Positions 59,489 to 64,000 of a DNA stretch of 64,000 nucleotides are shown piece by piece (position 1 is the stretch's first letter; each line of letters starts with the position of its first letter). Position numbers and translations under genes: made by a program. The notes beneath the pieces are model-generated. The model worked only from the letters and a program-made list of their open reading frames with translations, searched no databases and was not told the origin of the DNA. This DNA is from Candidatus Bathyarchaeia archaeon (GTDB lineage: Archaea; Thermoproteota; Bathyarchaeia; 40CM-2-53-6), in the NCBI GenBank assembly GCA_049513715.1, contig JBEKVV010000007.1:29142-93141 (forward strand), in the 5' to 3' direction.

Positions 59489-60613
59489 TCAAGGGATTAT
59501 TTCGGCACCGTTGAATTTCGGATACCCGAAGTCTTTCTGTTGAATTTTGCCCGTTTCTATTAGTGATTTGATTTCTGGAACAGCGCCACGGAGTGCTTCA
59601 ATCATGTTCACGACCGTGCCGCAGACTTCCTTGAATCCTTCCGCACCCCAAAGGTTTGTTACATTTGCGTAGAGGCAACGTCCACCACAAATGTCGAAAA
59701 CTTCGCATGAAGTGCAAGGCTCGGACACGAATGCGGCATCCTTCAACCTGTCGACAGATGCGTCTCGAATGCTGCCTAAGTAGAAGTCCTTCATGCCCGC
59801 CATGACAGGACACGGCGTGATGTTTCCATCGGTCTGAATGTTGAACACACACCAGCCAGCACCACAACGAAGATGATTTGATTCCCTGTTGAGCATCGAC
59901 TGCATGACACCCACAAACGGGTACAATCGCCAAACCTCCCCAGAATCCTTCATGTGGTCTACCCAAGTCCGGATTAGTCTTCTCAGTCGTGGGTTGTAGT
60001 TGTCCGCTGCCCATTCCGAAAACCGACGTTTTGGGTAATCGTTCTGAAAGAACAGCGCATCCAATTGCCAATGAACAGACGAAATTGGCACATCGTCTCC
60101 GTTAATCAACGCTAAGACCTGTGTGTCAATTTCAGTCTCCTCGGCAACCGTCATTCTGGCGACGATTTCGCCTGAGAACCCTCGCTCTCGAATCGCCTTC
60201 AAGTTGCTCGCTACCCTCTTGTATGTGCCTTCTCCCCGGTAATGGTCGGTTGTTTTTTCGTCGCCGTCGAGGGAGACGAAAATCGAGTCAAGCCTGTTCA
60301 GGTATTTCGATTCTAATCTATCCAGTAGGAGGCCGTTCGTTTGAATGGCAAAGTGGGCGTTCGGAATCGCATCCATCGTTTCCTTCATCTTGTCCACTTT
60401 GAGAAGGGGTTCGCCTCCATAGAAGATGAGGACAGGGTCACCGTCATGTTCTAGGAATTTCCGTAATGCGTCAATTTGGTAGTTCACAGAGGAAGGAACT
60501 GAATAGTCGATTGTGAGGCCGTGGAAATCGCTTCCGAAATCCTCGCAAGACTTTCCATAGCAATACTTGCACCTCTGGTTGCAGTTCGTGGTCAGAGTAA
60601 CGTAGAAATTCAT
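59489..60613 (-). CDS. Radical SAM/SPASM protein (AF0577/TIGR04084-like)
   Basis: CNQRCKYC, FYGGEP, HWQL, SPASM cysteines C..C.....CGGRC. Confidence 0.85.
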   Translation of the reverse strand: MNFYVTLTTNCNQRCKYCYGKSCEDFGSDFHGLTIDYSVPSSVNYQIDALRKFLEHDGDPVLIFYGGEPLLKVDKMKETMDAIPNAHFAIQTNGLLLDRLESKYLNRLDSIFVSLDGDEKTTDHYRGEGTYKRVASNLKAIRERGFSGEIVARMTVAEETEIDTQVLALINGDDVPISSVHWQLDALFFQNDYPKRRFSEWAADNYNPRLRRLIRTWVDHMKDSGEVWRLYPFVGVMQSMLNRESNHLRCGAGWCVFNIQTDGNITPCPVMAGMKDFYLGSIRDASVDRLKDAAFVSEPCTSCEVFDICGGRCLYANVTNLWGAEGFKEVCGTVVNMIEALRGAVPEIKSLIETGKIQQKDFGYPKFNGAEIIP

Positions 60614-60868
60614 TCAGAGGAATCTCCCGTGACTGACATTGCAGAGGCGCTCAAGCGTCTTCGTTGTGCGCAATCCCCCTAATCTCGGTGTCGAACCGTT
60701 TCCACAACGAATCCTCAATGAGGTATGAAAGCATCCCGACGGCTAGAGAATTCCAAAGATTCGGAAGCGTAACCTACCAGCGTCACGTGTGTACGGGGTT
60801 CATTCGTGTGCTCGCATAAACGAAATCAACCACTTCACTGATTCAAAGGGGGACGGTGAATTAGATCA

Positions 60869-61570
60869 ATGCCTAGAATTCCATTAATTGAGGATTTGAC
60901 TCGCACATCAATTCCTCCAGGCACGAATATTCTCGTTGAATTCGACCCAGCATCGCAATGGTACAACGCCTCCCTCACAATTGCAGCAGGGTGGTTGAAG
61001 ACTGGGGGAAGCGTAAGCTATATTGCGCAATCTCAATCACCAAACGACATCCGTTCTCAACTCCGACAGTTCGGGCTTGATGCAGAGGAACTCGAACGGA
61101 ACGACCGCTTATGGATAACTGACTTCTACACGCTCTCTCTGGGCCAGAAGTCCAAGGAAAAGTTCGCACCTGAATCGCTGAAGGTCGCCGACGTGAGCCT
61201 ATGGATTGCGAAAGAGGCGATGGTTGATTCCTCGGCTCCCGAATTTCTCGTGTTGGCTGACAACATCTCCGTTCTTGACAGGTTCAACGATGAGAGAAAT
61301 TGGGTAGAAATGTTCCTAACCCGGCCTATTCCGATGTCGAAATTGAGACAAGTAACTCAGCTAATAGGCATCCTTGATGGAGTTCACAGTGGTTGGGCGT
61401 ATAAACAACTGGAGGCAGCGGTGGAGGGCATCGTCGATTTCAAGGTCGAGGATCAAGGCGAAGAAACCCGTGACCTTATGCGAATCAGAACCCTAAGGAA
61501 AGTGGCGTTTGACCGAAAATGGCACGAGCTAACGATGTCTGAGAAATCTGAGGTTACGCTTCGGAAGTAA
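60869..61570 (+). CDS. KaiC/RAD55-like protein with degenerate P-loop
   Basis: KaiC-like overall layout, but the Walker A position reads EFDPASQW. Confidence 0.75.
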   Translation: MPRIPLIEDLTRTSIPPGTNILVEFDPASQWYNASLTIAAGWLKTGGSVSYIAQSQSPNDIRSQLRQFGLDAEELERNDRLWITDFYTLSLGQKSKEKFAPESLKVADVSLWIAKEAMVDSSAPEFLVLADNISVLDRFNDERNWVEMFLTRPIPMSKLRQVTQLIGILDGVHSGWAYKQLEAAVEGIVDFKVEDQGEETRDLMRIRTLRKVAFDRKWHELTMSEKSEVTLRK

Positions 61571-61629
61571 CAAAGCGGGAAAAGGGAATTACCCGCGTTC
61601 TTGCATGCCGGGATGGGCTTGCAGTGACG

Positions 61630-62376
61630 TCACTTCTTTCCGTAAATGATGCCTATCTTCCCGAGCATGAACGGAAGTCTCAGCGCTTTCGGGATGAATT
61701 CTGAATGACTTGTGTTCGCAAACGCCACTTCTTTGATGCCCCAACTCCTGATCGTCGCAACTAGGTCATCGACGTCACCATAGTATTTCTTCACAAGGAA
61801 TAGATCCTGAAACGCGAACGCGCCCCCCTTCTTGACCACTCTCAAGGCTTCCCTGATGAGCTCCCTTTTGTCACTGACGCCGCCCACCTCGTGGAAAACG
61901 AGGTTGCTAACCACCGCATCGAAGTATGCGTCTTCAAATGGCAGGGAGGCTGCGCTTGCCTTTTGGAACGTCATACGGCTCGCTACACTTTCGATCGCTG
62001 CATTCTTCTCGCAGACCGCTCTCGAGTATTCCCATGTGCCACCCCAGTGGTCAATTCCGGTAACGTGAGTGTTGGGATACCGCTTTGCCAGTTCGATTGC
62101 CAATGGGGCGTTCCCACACCCGATGTCGAGCGCCTTGCCTTCTCCGTTCCATTCCAAGTGCTCAATCACTAGGCTGCGAATCGGGACTTGTAGGTTTCCC
62201 CCTCGTTGTGAGAACCTTTGGCGTGCATACGCAAAATACGCGAATGACAAAAGAAACGGAACCGCTCCAACGATGAGTAGGGGGGACACAATCGATAGCA
62301 GAAGGAATGGAATGCTCATCGCGCCTGAGCCGTAGATCAATTTGGCGGATACCCAATTACCGTATTCGGGATCCAT
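61630..62376 (-). CDS. Class I SAM methyltransferase with N-terminal TM segments
   Basis: LDIGCGNA, LPFED..FDAVVSN.VFH. Confidence 0.88.
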   Translation of the reverse strand: MDPEYGNWVSAKLIYGSGAMSIPFLLLSIVSPLLIVGAVPFLLSFAYFAYARQRFSQRGGNLQVPIRSLVIEHLEWNGEGKALDIGCGNAPLAIELAKRYPNTHVTGIDHWGGTWEYSRAVCEKNAAIESVASRMTFQKASAASLPFEDAYFDAVVSNLVFHEVGGVSDKRELIREALRVVKKGGAFAFQDLFLVKKYYGDVDDLVATIRSWGIKEVAFANTSHSEFIPKALRLPFMLGKIGIIYGKK

Positions 62377-62510
62377 GGTCTGGCTACAACTCTTGTTATC
62401 TAGGTTTTTTCAGTATGATTAAGTCACCCGTGTCAGTCGTGATATCGTTTGGAACGAACAGACGGCCATTATGATAACCTATACTGGGACGCGAGTCGAC
62501 GTCAGTTCTT

Positions 62511-62912
62511 CTATTCTTCTTGGTTTTCTGCTAATGAGATAGGTAGGCCGTCTGGGTCTAGGAGGACGGCTAGTTTGATTCCTTCTGCTTCACGTTGAGT
62601 AGGGGGCATGACGAAGACGACGCCCTTGGAATTCAATTCTTCAAATTTCTTTTCGAGGTTGTCAACTGTGAACCCAATCGAGCAAGTGCCCGCTAAGGAT
62701 TCTGTTTTCTCGTTCATGTTTGGACGTAATCTTCCCCCACCGTGCAGGGCAAGCACGGTTGATCCGGTCTCAAATTCCGTCCATTCAGGGGATTCAAACT
62801 TCAACGCTAACCCGAGCTTGTCACGGTAGAACTCCACCGAGCGCGACATGCTCGAAACAGTCACCATTACGTAATCAATTTGTTTAAACAAGGAAAATTC
62901 TCGTCCATGCAA
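62511..62912 (-). CDS. VOC family protein
   Basis: V.SM.RS..FYRD.LGL, DPDG..I.L. Confidence 0.88.
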   Translation of the reverse strand: MHGREFSLFKQIDYVMVTVSSMSRSVEFYRDKLGLALKFESPEWTEFETGSTVLALHGGGRLRPNMNEKTESLAGTCSIGFTVDNLEKKFEELNSKGVVFVMPPTQREAEGIKLAVLLDPDGLPISLAENQEE

Positions 62913-63103
62913 TTGCTTATGAGTTTCATTTCATTTATCCCTGTAATAGTTTTACTCATCCACGCCTCTGCAAGCTTCAAGGTTCTTAACGTCGTGTTCA
63001 CGGGGCACGAGGGATATCGTTTAAACCTAGAACACTCGAGCATTGGATATCTCAACATTCGAATGTTATGCCGAATGTTCGTGGGAAAGGGTTGAAATGG
63101 CAA

Positions 63104-63702
63104 ATGGCGAAAAAAAGGAAGACGACACGGAAAAAAACCAAACCGAAGAAGTTTGAGGCTGTACCCGTAGGTTTCCATACAGTGACTCCTCTCGCGGTTA
63201 AGGGTGCTGCGCAGGCGCTTGAGTGGTACAAGAAGGCCTTCGGCGCCAAAGAGCTGGAGAAGTCGAGGGCGGCATGCTAATGCATGCCAGATTCAAGATC
63301 GGCGACTCAATCATCATGATGTCCGACATATTCCCAGGGGCCCTCCACAAAAGCCCGCTCGACTTGGGCGCCGCGTCCGTTACACTCCATGTCTACTTGA
63401 AGAATGTGGATGAATTGTGGAAGCGGGCCGTCGAGGCGGGAGCGAGGGTGGATATGCAGCTCGATGACATGTTCTGGGGAGAACGGTACGGCCAACTCAC
63501 AGACCCGTTCGGCCACTCCTGGTCACTTTCAAAACGCATACCCATGTCCAAGGAGGAAATGCAGCGTAAACGCCAGGAAGCAATGAAGATGTTCGAGCAA
63601 GGAAAACATCCCGGGTACGAAGAACAAACGGGTTCTGTTAACTCGTCGGCTCATGTTGCGGGCCTCTATGTTAACTCATCTGCATCGACTGGGCGTCTTT
63701 GA
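63104..63702 (+). pseudogene. PhnB/VOC family gene, frameshifted near 63260; 3' end overlaps the TnpB element end
   Basis: Frame 1 FHTVTP..VKGAA.ALEWYKKAFGA and frame 2 MHA.FKIGDS...MFWGERYG...DPFGH.W. Confidence 0.75.
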
Positions 63703-64000
63703 ACTGCTACCATTGCTTCACTTGCAGACGCGATGGGCACGAACCTCATGCCTCTCGCCAGAATGTTTCTGGCCGCGTTTACATCTCGGTCAACCGCGAA
63801 TCCGCAGGAATGGCATTTCAGCGTTCGGTTCTCTTCGGGTTTCATTCTTGACCCACATATCGAACACTTCACTGAAGTCCCGTACGGATTCACATAGATG
63901 ACAGGTATGCCTTCCCATCTGGCCTTGTATTCGATTTGTCTTTGAAGCTCTGCGTAGCTCCAAGAGTTCATTCGGCCACGATACGTTCGACCCTGACCGT
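63631..64000 (-). mobile_element. IS200/IS605-like TnpB element, 3' (right) end
   Basis: TnpB ORF followed by two GAGTTAACA repeats ending ...CAGAACC; exact boundary inferred. Confidence 0.7.
63666..64000 (-). CDS. tnpB: TnpB RNA-guided nuclease, C-terminal part
   Basis: W....Q..IEYKA..EG, TS..CS.CG, C..CG...DRD.NAA.NI (Zn ribbon and RuvC-III). Confidence 0.9.
   Translation of the reverse strand, partial: GQGRTYRGRMNSWSYAELQRQIEYKARWEGIPVIYVNPYGTSVKCSICGSRMKPEENRTLKCHSCGFAVDRDVNAARNILARGMRFVPIASASEAMVAVQRRPVDADELT

Noticed and set aside
60650..60734. Short ORF upstream of the radical SAM gene as precursor peptide
   Set aside because: No clear SD and no distinctive modifiable motif.
63240..63290. 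Possible intron or programmed frameshift in the VOC gene
   Set aside because: Sequence is missing rather than added relative to the family pattern; no BHB or slippery site seen.

Overview
Archaeal chromosome segment, most likely TACK/Bathyarchaeia-like (inferred from PolD DP1/DP2, Cdc6/Orc1, Elf1, ZPR1, Sec61beta, Alba, CofC/CofD and KaiC-like paralogues). It contains a probable replication origin (ORB elements upstream of cdc6, ~19.65-20.2 kb) within a replication gene cluster. Other genes include cysS, glyA, a lipA-pdhABC-lpdA-lipB 2-oxoacid dehydrogenase cluster, moaA with a W/Mo ABC transporter, many small transporters and VOC proteins, and the 3' end of a TnpB element at the right edge. 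The most striking signals are: (1) a 33-nt bulge-helix-bulge (BHB) intron with an in-frame stop inside the protein-coding gene glyA; (2) six copies of a GTGA-N2-TCAC-type motif ~1.2 kb from oriC, between a membrane-anchored coiled-coil/wHTH gene and an HTH-like gene, a candidate origin-tethering/segregation system; (3) two tRNA-Gly-like 5' fragments flanking a small island, one with a 21-nt BHB intron and one precisely intron-less; (4) a ~440-nt highly base-paired non-coding element directly upstream of ZPR1; (5) an apparent ATC start codon for cdc6. All calls were made by eye, with no database searches or folding programs.
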